From: Chiloscyllium plagiosum
Taxonomy: Eukaryota
DNA length: 20,000 bases
Direction of reading: 5' to 3'
NCBI RefSeq assembly: GCF_004010195.1
Contig: NC_057749.1
Location: 22,724,451-22,744,450 of the forward strand
A program made the translations under genes and the position numbers. Each line of letters opens with the position of its first letter. Positions within the stretch are counted from its first letter, which is position 1. The notes beneath the pieces were generated by a model that was not told the origin of the DNA, searched no databases, and saw only the letters and a list, made by a program, of their open reading frames with translations. This document shows, piece by piece, positions 8,763 through 19,869 of this stretch.

Positions 8763-9104
8763 GCTTCATTGCTTCCTTCTCTTCTACTTGAGCTGCCTGT
8801 AGAATGAATTTCAAGATTCTGTTTGAGGGTATGACCTGAAAGGGATTGGGGCATCAATCATCTTAGTCATCACATTGAAGGTGAAACTTTCTACGCATAA
8901 TGTAAACCAACCTATCAAGACATGCGGACTGTGAAAGATTGAGAAATGCTGGCTCACCAGTAAAGTGTACTTGGAAATATTGTCTAGCAACCATAATTAC
9001 AGCTGCCTGGAGTGACAGTCCAGTGAAACCTCATCAATAAAGTTTTAGGGACGCAGTATCAAGCAGTCCCTGAAAGCTGAAAACTGTTTCAAGGATTTTA
9101 GTTT

Positions 9105-9528
9105 AATAGAGTCCATCAGCACAGAAACTGATCCTTTGGTCCAACCAGTCCATGCCAATCATAATCCCAAACAAAACTAATCCCATATCCCTCCAAACAT
9201 TTCTTATTCATGTTCTTATCTCAATGTCTTTTAAACATTGTAACTGCACTGGCATCCATCACTTCATCTGAATGTTCATTCCACACATGAACCACTCTCC
9301 GCGCAAAAAAGTTGTCCCTTGGGTCATTTTTAAACCTTTCTCTTCTCGCCTTTAAAAATGCCTCCTACTCTAGAAATTCCCCACCCTAGGGAAGAGACAC
9401 CTGCCATTCACTATAGCTCTACCTTACATGACTTGATAAACTTCCACAAGATCACCCCTCAACTTCCGATGCTCCAGTGAAAGAAGTCACAGCCAATCCA
9501 GCCTCGCGTTATAGCTCAGACCTTCCAT
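9105..9528 (-). mobile_element. CR1/HER1 LINE 3' fragment
   Basis: Closely similar to 15028-15830 (ggtccaaccagtc.atgcca.ncataatcccaaac, ccctccaaacatttcttattcatgt). Confidence 0.85.
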
Positions 9529-10098
9529 TAATGTTTATTGTTAATGTTTCCGAAGATGGCACCAAGTGGGACCTCACTAAACTATTTACTCATTCAAAAT
9601 TTGAGAATTGCTCAGTTGGATCATTCCCTTGATTCCATGCGATTAGTTAGAAATTATCGGTATACTGTACTTCCTGCCCCTTGTTAGTTTCTGCTGATCT
9701 GAGGCAGTGTGTACACTGGACTGGCCAACTTAATAGGATAGTTGGAGTGGAAACATTTTCTTGCTGGGAGATCTTAAACTGAAAAGTGGACGTAAACTTA
9801 AAATCAGAACTACGTGGTTCAGTGTTAACAAGAGGAAGATAATACATGTGCAGAGAAAGAAAAACTGGGCAGGATAAAACTCTGAGACTGGGGAGCATGG
9901 GATGTGGTGTGATGGCTCATGGTCAGTATGCCTTTAAGAGATGCACCAACACATGGACATAGGAATGAGGAGTAGACTATTCGGTCCCTCAAGCCTGTTC
10001 TATCATTCAATAAGGTCACAGTAATCTGATTGCTACCTCGACTTCATTTTCCAACCTACCCCGATAATGGTCCACCCCCTTGTTCTTCAAGAATTCCA

Positions 10099-10235
10099 GT
10101 TCTGGGAAAGAGTCTCAGGACCCAAAACGTTAACCCTGATTTCTCCCCACAGATGCAACCAGACCCACTGAGCTTTTCCAGCAATTTCTGTTTTTGTTTC
10201 TGATTTTCAGCATACACAATTCTTTCAGATTTTAT
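10099..10235 (+). mobile_element. PLE pLTR fragment with decayed HHR
   Basis: gtt-ctgggaa-agagtc(tcag)gaccc-aaaacgtt-aac followed by the same tail as 19245-19350. Confidence 0.75.
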
Positions 10236-10332
10236 TAAAAATCTATCTACCTCTGCCTTAAAAATATTTAAAGACTGCTTCTACCACCTTTGAGGAAGAA
10301 AATGTCAATGACTACAATCTCTTTAGCCATGG

Positions 10333-11690
10333 GCAAGTTGTTGAAGGGAATCCTGAAGGACAGGATGTACATGTATTTGGAAAGGCAAGGACTGATTAGG
10401 GATAGTCAACAAGGCTTTGTGCGTGGGAAATCATGTCTCACAAACTTGATTGAGTTTTTTTGAAGAAGTAACAAAGAGGATTGATGAGGGCAGAGCAGTA
10501 GATGTGATCTATATGGACTTCAGTAAGGCGTTCGATAAGGTTCCCCATGGGAGACTGATTAGCAAGATTAAATCTCACGGAATACAGGGAGAACTAGCCA
10601 TTTGGATACAGAACTGATTCAAAGGGAAAAGACAGAGGGTAGTGGTGAGGGTTGTTTTTCAGACTGGAGGCCTGTGACCAGTGGAGTGCCACAAGGATCG
10701 GTGCTGAGTCCTCTACTTTTTGTCATTTCTATAAATGATTTGGATGTGAGCATAAGAGGTATAGTTAGTAAGTTTGCAGATGACACAAAAGTTAGAGGTG
10801 TAGTGGACAGCGAAGAAGGTTACCTCAGATTACAACAGGATCTTGATCAGATGGGCCAATGGACTGAGAAGGGGCAGATGGAGTTTATTTCAGATAAATT
10901 TGAGGTGCTGCATTTTGAGTTTGCAAATCTTAGCAGGATTTATGCATTTAATGGTAAGGTCCTAGGGAGAGTTACTGAACAAAGAGACCTTGGAGTGCAG
11001 GTTCATAGCTCTTAAAAGTGGAGTCGCAGGTAGATAGGATAGTGAAGAAGGCATTTGGTATGCTTTCCTTTATTGATCAGAATATTGGGTACAGGAGTTG
11101 GGAGGCTATGTTGTGGCTGTACAGGACATTGGTTAGACCACTGTTGGAATATTGTGTGCAATTCTGGTATCCTTCTGATCAGAAGGATGTTGTGAAACTT
11201 TAAAGGGTTCTGAAAAGACTTACAAAGATATTGCCAGGGTTGGAAGATTTGAGCTATAGGGAGAGGCTGAATAGACTGGGGCTGTTTTCCCTGAAGCGTC
11301 AGAGGCTGAGGGGTGATCTTGTAGAGGTTTACAAAATTATGAGGGGCATGGATAGGATAAATAGACAGAGTCTTTCCCTGGGGTCAGGGAGTCCAGAATT
11401 AGGTTTAGGATGAGAGGGGAAAGATATAAAAGAGACCTAAGGGGCAACTTTTTCACACAGAGGGTGGTACGTGTATGGAATGAGCTGCCAGAGGAAGTAG
11501 TGGAGGCTGGTACAATTGCAACACTTAAATGGGTATATGAATGGGTATATGAATAGGAAGAGTTTGGAGGCATATGGGCCGGGTGTTGACAGGCGGGACT
11601 AGATCGGGTTGGGATAGCTGGTCGGCATGGACGGGTTGGACCGAAGGGTCTGTTTCCATGCTGTTTCCATCTCTATGACTCTATAACTCT
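10333..11690 (+). mobile_element. 5'-truncated CR1/HER1 LINE (RT pseudogene plus 3'UTR)
   Basis: SGVPQGSVLSPLLF, KFADDTK, LYRTLVRPLLEYCVQFW and LRGDLVEVYKI across ORFs 10602-11413 with stops and frameshifts; ctctatgact tail. Confidence 0.95.
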
Positions 11691-11807
11691 ATGGTACATA
11701 CAGGGTTGTGGGGATAGGGTGGAGGGCTGTGTCTGTGCGGGATGCTCTTCAGTGGGTCAGTGCTGTCTCAATGGGCCGAATGGCCTCTTTCCGCACTGTA
11801 GGATTTT
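11691..11807 (+). mobile_element. HE1 SINE 3' tail (its first ~10 nt, ttagccatgg, lie at 10323-10332)
   Basis: cagggttgtggggatagg...atgggccgaatggcct...cactgtaggatt; atgg duplicated at 10329 / 11691. Confidence 0.7.
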
Positions 11808-12169
11808 ACAATTCTCTGAGGGAGAAAGAAAATCTCACATATTCTCTGCTATAAGTTGATTTTTAAACAATGCTAGATTCTCGCCATAAGAGGAAATATC
11901 CTTTCCACATCTCACCCATTTCAATGAAGTCACCTTTTACTTTTGTAAACCCTTGTGAATACAAACCTAACACATCCAAATTTTCACAGAACTCAACCCA
12001 CTCTTTCCGGATATTAGTCTGGTAAACCTTCACTGAACTGCCTGCAACACTTAACATCTTGTCTTCAGTAAGGATGACTAACACTGTGCACAGACGTGAT
12101 CTTACCAGTGTCCTGTGTAACTGAAGCATAACTTCTGTAGTTGCTGACTCAGTTCCGCTTGTGATAACA

Positions 12170-12250
12170 CTTGGAGCTAGGGCATAGAATACAGGAGCAA
12201 GGAAGTCTTTTTACAACTTTACAAAACAGGGGTTAACCCTCCAACTTGGC
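12170..12250 (+). mobile_element. CR1 fragment (probably continues at 14490-14822)
   Basis: GIEYRSKEVFLQLYKTGVNP-type translation. Confidence 0.65.
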
Positions 12251-12345
12251 ACCGCCCTCTTGACTAATCCCACCTGTCCATCTTCCTTCCCAATTATCCC
12301 CTCCGCGCTCCCCTCCGACCTATCGCTATCACCCACATCTGCATT
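12251..12345 (+). mobile_element. PLE 3'UTR/pLTR pyrimidine-rich fragment (probably continues at 14335-14489)
   Basis: C/T-rich cacctgtccatcttccttccca...gacctatc; the downstream part carries a deleted HHR (ttgaagaagggttatg|tcgact) and the tgctcctcagat tail as at 2669 and 17595. Confidence 0.5.
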
Positions 12346-12488
12346 AACAAAGAACACAAAAGTAAAATTACAGCACAGCAACAAGCCCTTTGGCCCTCCA
12401 ATCCTGCGCCGATTCAGAACTTGTCTGCTATTTTCTAAGGATTTGTATCCCTCCACTCCCTGCCCGTTCATGTATCTGTCTAGTATCT
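12346..12488 (-). mobile_element. CR1 LINE 3' end (continues at 14081-14334)
   Basis: acagcacag.aacaagccctttggccc terminus; gtatct duplicated at 12483 / 14081. Confidence 0.75.
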
Positions 12489-14080
12489 GTCATGTATGTG
12501 AGATTCACAAAGAAGAGGTGTTAGCAATTCTGGAAAGTTTGAAAATAGATTGGACCCCAGGGCCAGATGGCATTTATCCTGGGATTCTCTGGGAAGTCAG
12601 GGAGGAAATTGCAGAGCCTTTGGCTTTGATCTTTATGTCATCATTGTCTACAGGAATAGTGCCAGAAGACTGGAGGATAGCAATTGTTGCCCCCTTGTTC
12701 AAGAAGGGGAGTAGAGACAACCCTGGTGATTACAGACCAGTGAGCCTTACTTCAGTTGTAGGTAAAGTGTAGGAAAAGGTTATAAGAGATAGGATTTAGA
12801 ATCGTCTAGAGAGGAATAACTTGATTAGGGAGAGCCAACACGGTTTGTGAAGGGTAGATCGTGCCTCATAAACCTTATTGAGTTCTTTGAGAAGGTGACC
12901 AAACAGGTGGGTGAGGGTAAGCGGTTGATGTGGTGTATATGGATTTCAGTAAGGCATTTGATAAGGTTCCCATGGGAGGCTATTGCACAAAATGCGGAGG
13001 CATGGGATTGAGGGTGATTTAGCGGTTTGGATCAGAAATTGGCTAGCTGAAAGAAGATAGAGGATGGTGGTTGATGGGAATTGTTCATCCTGGAGTTCAG
13101 TTACTAGTGGTGTACCGCAAGGATCTGTTTTGGGCCACTGCTGTTTGTCATTTTTATTAATGACCCAGATGAAGGTGGAGAAGGATGGGTTAGTATATTT
13201 GTGGATGACACTGAGGTTGGTGGAGTTGTAGATAGTGCTGAAGGATGTTGCAGGTTACAGAGGGACATAGATAAGCTGCAGTGCTGTGCTGAAAGGTCGC
13301 GAATGGACTTTAATATGGAAAAGTGTGAGGTGATTCACTTTCAATGGAGCAACAGGAAGAAAGGGTATTGGCTAATGGTAGGATTCTTGGTAATGTGGAT
13401 GAGCAGAGAGATCTTGGTGTCCATGAACATAGATTCCTGAAAGTTGCCACGCAGGTTGAAAGGATTGTTAAGAAGGCATTTGGTGGTTATTTGGTAGAGG
13501 GATTGAGTTTCGGAGCCACGAGGTCATGCTGCAGCTGTACAAAACTCTGACGCGGCCACACTTGGAGTATTGCATACAGTTCTGGTCACTACATTATCGG
13601 AAGGATGTGGAAGCATTAGAAAGGGTGCAGAGGAGATTTACTAGGATGTTGCCTGGTATGGAGGGAAGGTTTTAAGAGGAAAGGCTGAGGGAGTTGAGAC
13701 TGTTTTCATTAGAGAGAAGAAGATTGAGAGGTGACTTAATTGAGGCATACAAGATAATCAAAGGATTAGCTATGGTGGACAGCAAAAGCCTTTTTCGTTA
13801 GATGGTGATGGCTGGCACTAGGGTATATAGCTTTAAATTGAGGGGTGATAAATATAGGACAGATGTCAGAGGTAGGTTCTCTACTCAAAGAGTAGTAGGT
13901 GTGTGGAATGCCCTGCCTGCAATAGTAGTAGACTCGCCAACTTTAAGAGCATTTAAGTAGTCATTGGATAGACAGATGGACGAAAATGGAATAGTATAGG
14001 ATAGATAGGCTTCAGACTGGTTCCACAGGTTGGCGCAACATCGAGGGCCGAAGGCCCTGTACTGCACTGTAATGTTCTAT
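12489..14080 (+). mobile_element. 5'-truncated CR1 LINE covering the RT domain (pseudogene) plus 3'UTR
   Basis: PGPDGIYP, DWRIAIVAPLFKKGSRDNPGDYRPVSLTSVVGKV, GVPQGSVL, FVDD; several frameshifts and stops; tail gtactgcactgtaatgttctat; 6-bp TSD gtatct. Confidence 0.95.
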
Positions 14081-14334
14081 GTATCTTAAATGATGCTATC
14101 ATGCCCGCCTCTACCACCTCCACTGGCAACACAATCCAGACACCCAACACCATCTGGTAAAGAACTTTCCATGCATATCTCCCTTAAACTTTTCCCCTCT
14201 CACCTTGAACCCGTGACCACTAGCAATTGAGTCCCTCACTCTGGGGAAAAAACTACTTGCTATCTGCCCTGTCTACACCTTTCATGATTTTGTAGGCCTC
14301 AATCAGGTTCCTCCTCAACCTCCTTCTTTCTCAT
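14081..14334 (-). mobile_element. Continuation of the minus-strand CR1
   Basis: Minus translation MVLGVWIVLPVEVVEAGMIASFK is the CR1 ORF2 C-terminus. Confidence 0.8.
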
Positions 14335-14489
14335 GCTAATAGCTAGTGCCCTCCAATAGCCTTCCCAGCTACCTTCCCCTGATCCCCACTCCCACCCTCC
14401 TCCTCAGGTGGGACTAGTTTAGTTTGGAATCTCTTGAAGAAGGGTTATGTCGACTTTCTTGCTCCTCAGATCCTGCTTGACCTGCTTCA
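14335..14489 (+). mobile_element. PLE pLTR fragment with deleted HHR
   Basis: cccagctaccttcccc...tcttgaagaagggttatgtcgactttcttgctcctcagatcctgcttgacctgct. Confidence 0.6.
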
Positions 14490-14822
14490 TCAACCATGAG
14501 AATCTCTTCCCAATTACAGACGTGTCTAAAATCAGAGGGCATAAGTTTAAGGTGAGGAGTAAGTGGTTTAGAGAAGATCCAAGGACTTTCTTTTGGTCTA
14601 GAGGGTAGTAGATACATGGAGTGAGCAATCTGTCAGAGTACTGGAGGCAGATACTCTCACAACATTTAAGAAGCAGCTGGATGAGCATTTAAAATGCCAG
14701 GGCACAGGAGACTATGGACCAAGTGCAGGTAAATGGGATTAGTATAGTTTGGTATTTGTTGGTTGGCGCAGAAATGGTGGGCCAAAGGGCCTGTTTACTC
14801 TCTAAATGTATTACTCTATAAA
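14490..14822 (+). mobile_element. CR1 ORF2 end plus 3'UTR
   Basis: agagggcataagtttaaggtgagg...acatttaagaagcagctggatgagca...gggccaaagggcctgttt. Confidence 0.8.
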
Positions 14823-15311
14823 TGATAATATTCTATTCACTTTCCGAATTACTTGCTGTACCTCCAAACTAACCTTTTGTGATTCATACACAAGGATGCC
14901 CAGATCCATCTACATTTCAGACCTGTGCAGCCTCTTACAATTTAAATAACATGTTTATTTTATACATTTTCCTACATTATATTCAATTTGTCACAACTAT
15001 ATGTTTTTGTAGCCTCCTTATATAGGGTTATAGAGTCATACAGGAAATGGAAACAGTCCCTTCGGTCCAACCAGTCAATGCCAACCATAATCCCAAACTA
15101 AACTAGTCCCACCTGCCTGGTCCGTATCCCTCCAAACATTTCTTATTCATGTATGCATGCAAATGTCCTTTAAATTTTGTAATAGTACCTGCATCCACTA
15201 CTTCCTCTGGACATTCATCCCACACGAACTGCTCTCTGCACAGAGAAATTGCCCATCATGTAATTTTTAAATTTGCTGCCCTCTCATTTTAAAAATATGT
15301 CCCCTAGTCTT

Positions 15312-15598
15312 CATTTGATTAGATTTATTGTTGTTCCGTACAGTGAAAAGCTTTGTTTGTGAGCAGTACAGGCAGATCACAGTAAACAGGGACATTCAAG
15401 TTATCGGGTGCATAGACAGAGTGAGACACATAGGGTTACACTGGGATCAACATTAAGAAAATCAACACTTCCTTGAGGTTAGAGAATCCATTCATCAGTC
15501 TAATAATGGCAGGGAAGAAGCTGTTGGTGCTTCTGTTGGTGCTTCTGTTGGTGCTTCTGTATCCTCTGCCTGACAGGAGAGGTTGTAGGAGAGCATTC
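15312..15598 (-). mobile_element. Rex1/Babar-type LINE 3' end
   Basis: NALLQPLLSGRGYRS...NSFFPAIIRLMN is the Rex/Babar C-terminal motif (LPSGRRYRS...NSFFP.AIRLLN); tail acaataaatctaatcaaat. Confidence 0.75.
15521..15560 (+). repeat. 12-bp tandem repeat (ctgttggtgctt) x3.3
   Basis: Exact units at 15521, 15533 and 15545. Confidence 0.95.
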
Positions 15599-16328
15599 GA
15601 AATCCCCACCCTAGGGAAAAGACATCTACCATTTACCTCATCTATATCTCTTATGATTTTATAAACCACTATAAAGTCAACACTCGACCTCCCGTGCTCT
15701 AGTGAAAAAGTCCCAGCCTATTTTTATAACTCAAACCCTCCATTCATGGCAACAAAATCTCTTCTGAACCCTCTCCTGCTTAATAATATCCAGAAGTGGA
15801 GAGACCAGAACTGGAGAGAGTATTCCAGAAGAGTAACTTCAACATAACTCTTGAACCCAAAGGTCTGAGCAACTTAGTTTCTTAAATTTCTTTGTATCAT
15901 CAGGTCTTTCCTATATATCTTAGCCTTTGGCCTGAGGTGATAAAGATCACATGCTCCATCTTACCTTGGATCAGTTGAAGCATGACACTCTGCTGGAAGC
16001 ATTCTGCTCTGTAAACTAATCGCTTGACAATAGCCCCAATTTTAAAGATTACTGAAGGAAGGCAGACAAGTGGAATTCAAATACAGATCAGTCATTATCT
16101 AATTGAATAAACACCTCAAGAGTTTGAATGGTGCCTGCCCAGTTCCAAAATTCCTTTCAAACAAAATAATAAATGACTTTTGCAGACGGCATTTTTTTCC
16201 TGTGTTGTATCCCGATTAGTGCAGTCTTACTGTCACAAGCCTGATCAGTATATGAGTTGTAGCTGACAGTGAGTCCTATATAATGCTCCTGATTCAAGTC
16301 GAAATGTGAAATCAGGGCAGCTTCAAAT

Positions 16329-16513
16329 CAAAGCAAAAACAGAAATTGCTGCAAAAGCTCAGCAGGACTCACAGCATCTGTGGAGAGAAATCAGAGTTAA
16401 CGTTTCGGGTCCTGAGACCCTTCCCCAGATGCTGCTGGGCCCTGCTGAGCTTTCCCAGCGACTTCTGTTTTCATTTCTGATTTACAGCATCCACAGGTCT
16501 TTCAATTTTTAGT
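16329..16513 (+). mobile_element. PLE-derived self-inverted mini-element with perfect 11-bp TSD
   Basis: Arms ~16336-16380 / 16426-16471; minus-strand HHR at 16396-16428 (CUGGGGA-a-GGGUC(ucag)GACCC-GAAACGUU-aac); TSD cagcttcaaat at 16318-16328 and 16514-16524. Confidence 0.85.
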
Positions 16514-16764
16514 CAGCTTCAAATGCAGACATTGAAAGGCACAGCGGTCTTTCCATTTGCTATGTCCACAATACCTCTGGAGCAGAGTATTTCACGGCAT
16601 ATTCCCAAGTTGGCTATCATGCTTAAATGTGTTTTGCATTGCAGATTGTTGGCAACGCAGTAATGGCACAATAACAGACATCATAGACTGTGGAGCATGA
16701 CAAGCAACGTCTGCTCTCTTTAACAAATGAGATTGAAAGGACTGATAAATACACACCAACAGAA

Positions 16765-16895
16765 TAAGAAATCCGTAAGACCGTAAGAAATAGGAGCAGG
16801 AGTAGACTGTTCAACCCCTCAAGCCTGCTCCGCCATTTAATAGGATCGTGGCCGACCCAAAATTCTTCATGTCCACTTTCCTGCCCTTTCCCCAA
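16765..16895 (-). mobile_element. CR1 3' terminus
   Basis: taagaaataggagcaggagtagactgttcaacccctcaagcctgctc; similar to 9951-10010. Confidence 0.75.
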
Positions 16896-17036
16896 ATCCG
16901 GTGAATTAGAGTCAGATCAGCAATAGAGAGAAGTAAATAAAGGAGAAGAAGTACTGGATAATGAAGAAGAAAAAGGGACAGGAAAGAAAATGAGAAAATA
17001 AATGGAAGTGTTAAATAATAAAATGATACTACCTTC

Positions 17037-17298
17037 TATGGTGGCTCAGTGCTTAGCCCTGCTGCCTCACAGCACTAGGGACCCAGGTTCAATTTCAGCT
17101 TCCGTCCGTGTGGAATTTGCACATTCTCCCTGTTTCTGCATGGGGTGTCCCCTGGGTGCTCTAGTTTCCTCCCACAGTCCAAACATGTGCAGGTTAGGTG
17201 GATTGGCCATGGGAAGTGCAAGGTTACAGGAATGGAGATATTCTTTGGACTCAACAGGCTGAATGGCCTGCTCCCACACTGTCGGGATTGTATGATTC
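17037..17298 (+). mobile_element. HE1-type V-SINE
   Basis: tggtggctcagtgcttagc A box, ggttcaattt B box, V-domain, gggattgtatgattc tail. Confidence 0.9.
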
Positions 17299-17536
17299 CG
17301 GAGTGAGATGATGGTTTCAGCTTTGTGTGTCTGGGCCGAAGAGGTTGAATTGCAGGAACGTAAATCCCATTATCGAGAGGGCCATTTTGTTATTAAATAT
17401 CATTCTCTTGCTGTTTGAAAATGTTGCAGGATGACCAGCAGCCATGGTCACTCTAACAACAATCTGCCTTTGAATGTTTACACATATTGCTCTGTAACTG
17501 CAAGTTATCAATGTGTCTGGTATGTATGTATCTGTT

Positions 17537-17653
17537 CCTCCACACCTCCACCCCCACGTTCCTGATAAAGGTCTTATGCCCAAAACGTTAAAATCTCCTG
17601 CTCCTCGGATACTGCCTGACCTTCTGTGCTTTGTCAGCGCCACACTTTGCAAC
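17537..17653 (+). mobile_element. PLE pLTR fragment with decayed HHR and 7-bp TSD
   Basis: ctgataa-aggtc(ttat)gccc-aaaacgtt; tail as at 2669-2725; atctgtt at 17530-17536 and 17654-17660. Confidence 0.75.
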
Positions 17654-18124
17654 ATCTGTTACGTATACCTGTTTGTGATTTTCCTGTAAATTGAACCTGT
17701 GCCACTATTCAGCAAGAGAATAGTCATTTTGCATTAAGGAATACAACAAGAAATACCAACACTACCTTTTCAAAAAGAAAATTTTATTAAGCATGCAAAT
17801 CCCAAATTTTCTTGAAACCACAAGGTCAATTTGAGGGTGAGCTGTCATTTTCCAAGGTTAACAACTACCTTGACCAACAATTTGAGGTAAGTTGCAACTC
17901 ACGAGATGTCTCCTTGCAGTAATTTCTGCAGACTTTAAATTCAGCATTATTTTCCCAGAAAATTCTGCTTCTTTGAACTCTAATCAGTTGCAAGTTATTT
18001 TAAAGTGCCATTTTGGGGGAAAAAAGAAGACTGAGTGAAGAAATGCACCATGAAGCATGTTACTAAGGCAACATCAGGATGAAATGATCAAGGGAATTCC
18101 ACATCCAACCTCTGTTCGGCAGTG

Positions 18125-18330
18125 AGCAAATTACTGCAGATGCTGGAGTCTGTACTGAAAACAACAAATACTGGAGATCACAGCGGGTCAGGCAGCATCA
18201 ATGCAGAGAGAACAAGCTAATATTTCCAGTCAAGGTGGGGCTTCATCATCTCTACTTGAAATGTTAGCTTGCTCTCTCTCCCACAATGCTGCCTGTCCCA
18301 CTGTGATCTCCAGCACTTGTTGTTTTCAGT
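18125..18330 (-). mobile_element. PLE-derived self-inverted mini-element (older)
   Basis: Arms ~18154-18225 / 18258-18330 (actgaaaacaacaa...gagatcacag vs ctgtgatctc...ttgttgttttcagt); decayed HHR in the loop (minus tgatga...gaaatatt); no clean TSD. Confidence 0.75.
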
Positions 18331-18769
18331 CTTCTTTGTGGTGAGTTGACTGATATTAGATGGCTTGGCAGTGGGAGGGTAAGGGACATGCTAAAGGGAG
18401 GTAAATGACAGAGAAAAAGGAATATCTGTCAGGCTCCACATTATCCACAGCCCATCGTAGTAGGGCAGATATCGAAGAACAACACATCTTTCCTTTCAAT
18501 CTAACTTTATAAAACAATGGGACATGACGGCAATCAAAGAATTCTGAATGGCAATCAGGGGATATAGCAGTTATTACCTATTGCAATGTAATTTTGGACA
18601 TAATTTAACTTTTAATGAATTTGACATCAACTCAACACAGTCATTGTCTCTCAGTCAATGACAATGCCTCTATAGCTACACCTGTGCTTTGACATTTGTC
18701 AGCTTCAACAGTGGACACATTAGTTAATGTACTGCTGGCTTCATGAAAAAGTATGGAAAACCCAGGAAC

Positions 18770-19095
18770 ATTCAATCCCTACAGTATGGAAGCAGGCCAT
18801 TTGGCCCATCGAATCCGCACCTATCCTCCAAACAGCATCCCCCCCCAGACCCAGACCCCACCCTCTCCCTGAGACCCTGCATTTCCCATGGCTAATCCAC
18901 TTAGCCTAAACATCCTTGGACACTATGGGGCAATTTAGCATGGCCAATCCACCCGAATCTGCACATCTTTGGATTGTGGGAGGAAACCGGAGCACCCAGA
19001 GGAAACCCAGGCAGACACAAGGAGAATGTGTGAACTCCGCACAGACAGTCGCTCAACTCTGATCTCTGTGAGCTCACCACCGAACCACGCCACCC
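18770..19095 (-). mobile_element. HE1-type V-SINE
   Basis: aatccctacagt...gaggaaaccggagcacccagaggaaaccc...cagacagtc; colinear with 7331-8143 minus the LTR. Confidence 0.9.
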
Positions 19096-19211
19096 TAAGG
19101 AAGTGAGGGGGGAAGGGAGAATCACATGTAATATCAGGACAACAATGCAATGTGTAATTGATGCGTTTCTGTAACCCTCCATTGGTCATTACACTGTGAT
19201 TGAGCAAAACC

Positions 19212-19350
19212 ATTCTGAAGAAGGGTCACTCAACATGAAACGTTAACTCTGATTTCTCTCCACAGATGCTGACAGACCAGCTGAGCTTTTCCAGCAATTT
19301 CAATTTTTGATTCTGATTTACAGAATCCGCAGTTCTTTCAGTTTTTATTT
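19212..19350 (+). mobile_element. PLE pLTR fragment with HHR core (stem II decayed)
   Basis: CUGAAGA (19215-19221)...GAAACGUU (19237-19244)-aac, then the shared pLTR tail. Confidence 0.75.
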
Positions 19351-19351
19351 G

Positions 19352-19760
19352 GGATACAATATCCTGAGCAATATTGGTCTCGTTACTTGGATGTAAATGC
19401 TTTGGAGGCTATTCAGAGGAGTTTTACTGAGTTACTAGCTTTACTGGGTTGTCTTATTGGAAAAACTGAACTTGCTTTCACTGAAGCTTAGAAGAGTGAA
19501 GGGTAAATTGACAAAAGCAAATAACGTCCTGAACAGTCTTAACAAGGTAGACATGCAAAGGATGTTTCATCTTGACTCCAGAACTAGGAGGCACTATTTC
19601 AAAATTAGTGAGCAGAGCTGAGGGGTTTTACTTCTGAGGACTGCACAACTTGGAACTCTCTGTCTCAGGAGACTGGAAAGGTGGGATAATAAATATTTTT
19701 AAGACAAAGGTGAATAGCGTCTTGTTAGGCAGGGAATCAAGGATCATTGGGGTAGATAGG
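19352..19760 (+). mobile_element. Degraded CR1 ORF2 C-terminal region
   Basis: caatattggtctc...ttggaggctattcagaggagttttact...agaactaggaggca...atttttaagacaaagg. Confidence 0.7.
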
Positions 19761-19868
19761 TGTCGTGACTGGATCCAATGGATCTCATTGACTATAAGAT
19801 CCTTGACTCGGATTGTTAACCTGGGCCAATCAGGAAGGCCTGGCTGACCAATATAACCAGTATAACCA
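19761..19868 (+). mobile_element. Possible 5' part of an LTR
   Basis: Begins TGTCGTGAC, then CCAAT (~19826, ~19848) and tataa; cut off by the next element. Confidence 0.35.
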
Positions 19869-19869
19869 A

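Larger units (their letters stand above)
9951..15020 (-). mobile_element. Old CR1 host element in four pieces (9951-10098, 10236-10322, 11808-12169, 14823-15020)
   Basis: Pieces are colinear; minus ORF 11863-12129 MLQLHRTLVRSRL is CR1-like; junction repeats tacaat(t)ctct (10313 / 11807) and tgataa (12162 / 14823). Confidence 0.65.
15028..15830 (-). mobile_element. CR1/HER1 LINE 3' fragment, interrupted at 15312-15598
   Basis: Homologous to 9105-9528; ctagtctt|gaaatccccaccctaggg rejoins across the insertion. Confidence 0.85.

Noticed and set aside
10323..11807. CR1 3' transduction of a SINE tail (one TSD brackets both)
   Set aside because: ttagccatgg at 10323-10332 continues into atggtacatacaggg at 11691, so the CR1 more simply inserted into a truncated HE1.
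12260..12772. 170-aa ORF as a novel fusion gene
   Set aside because: Chance read-through across PLE, antisense CR1 and CR1 RT pieces; the RT is broken by a stop and frameshifts.
16525..17520. Host exons in unique stretches (16525-16760, 17300-17520)
   Set aside because: Short frames with no recognisable homology or convincing splice-site pairs.
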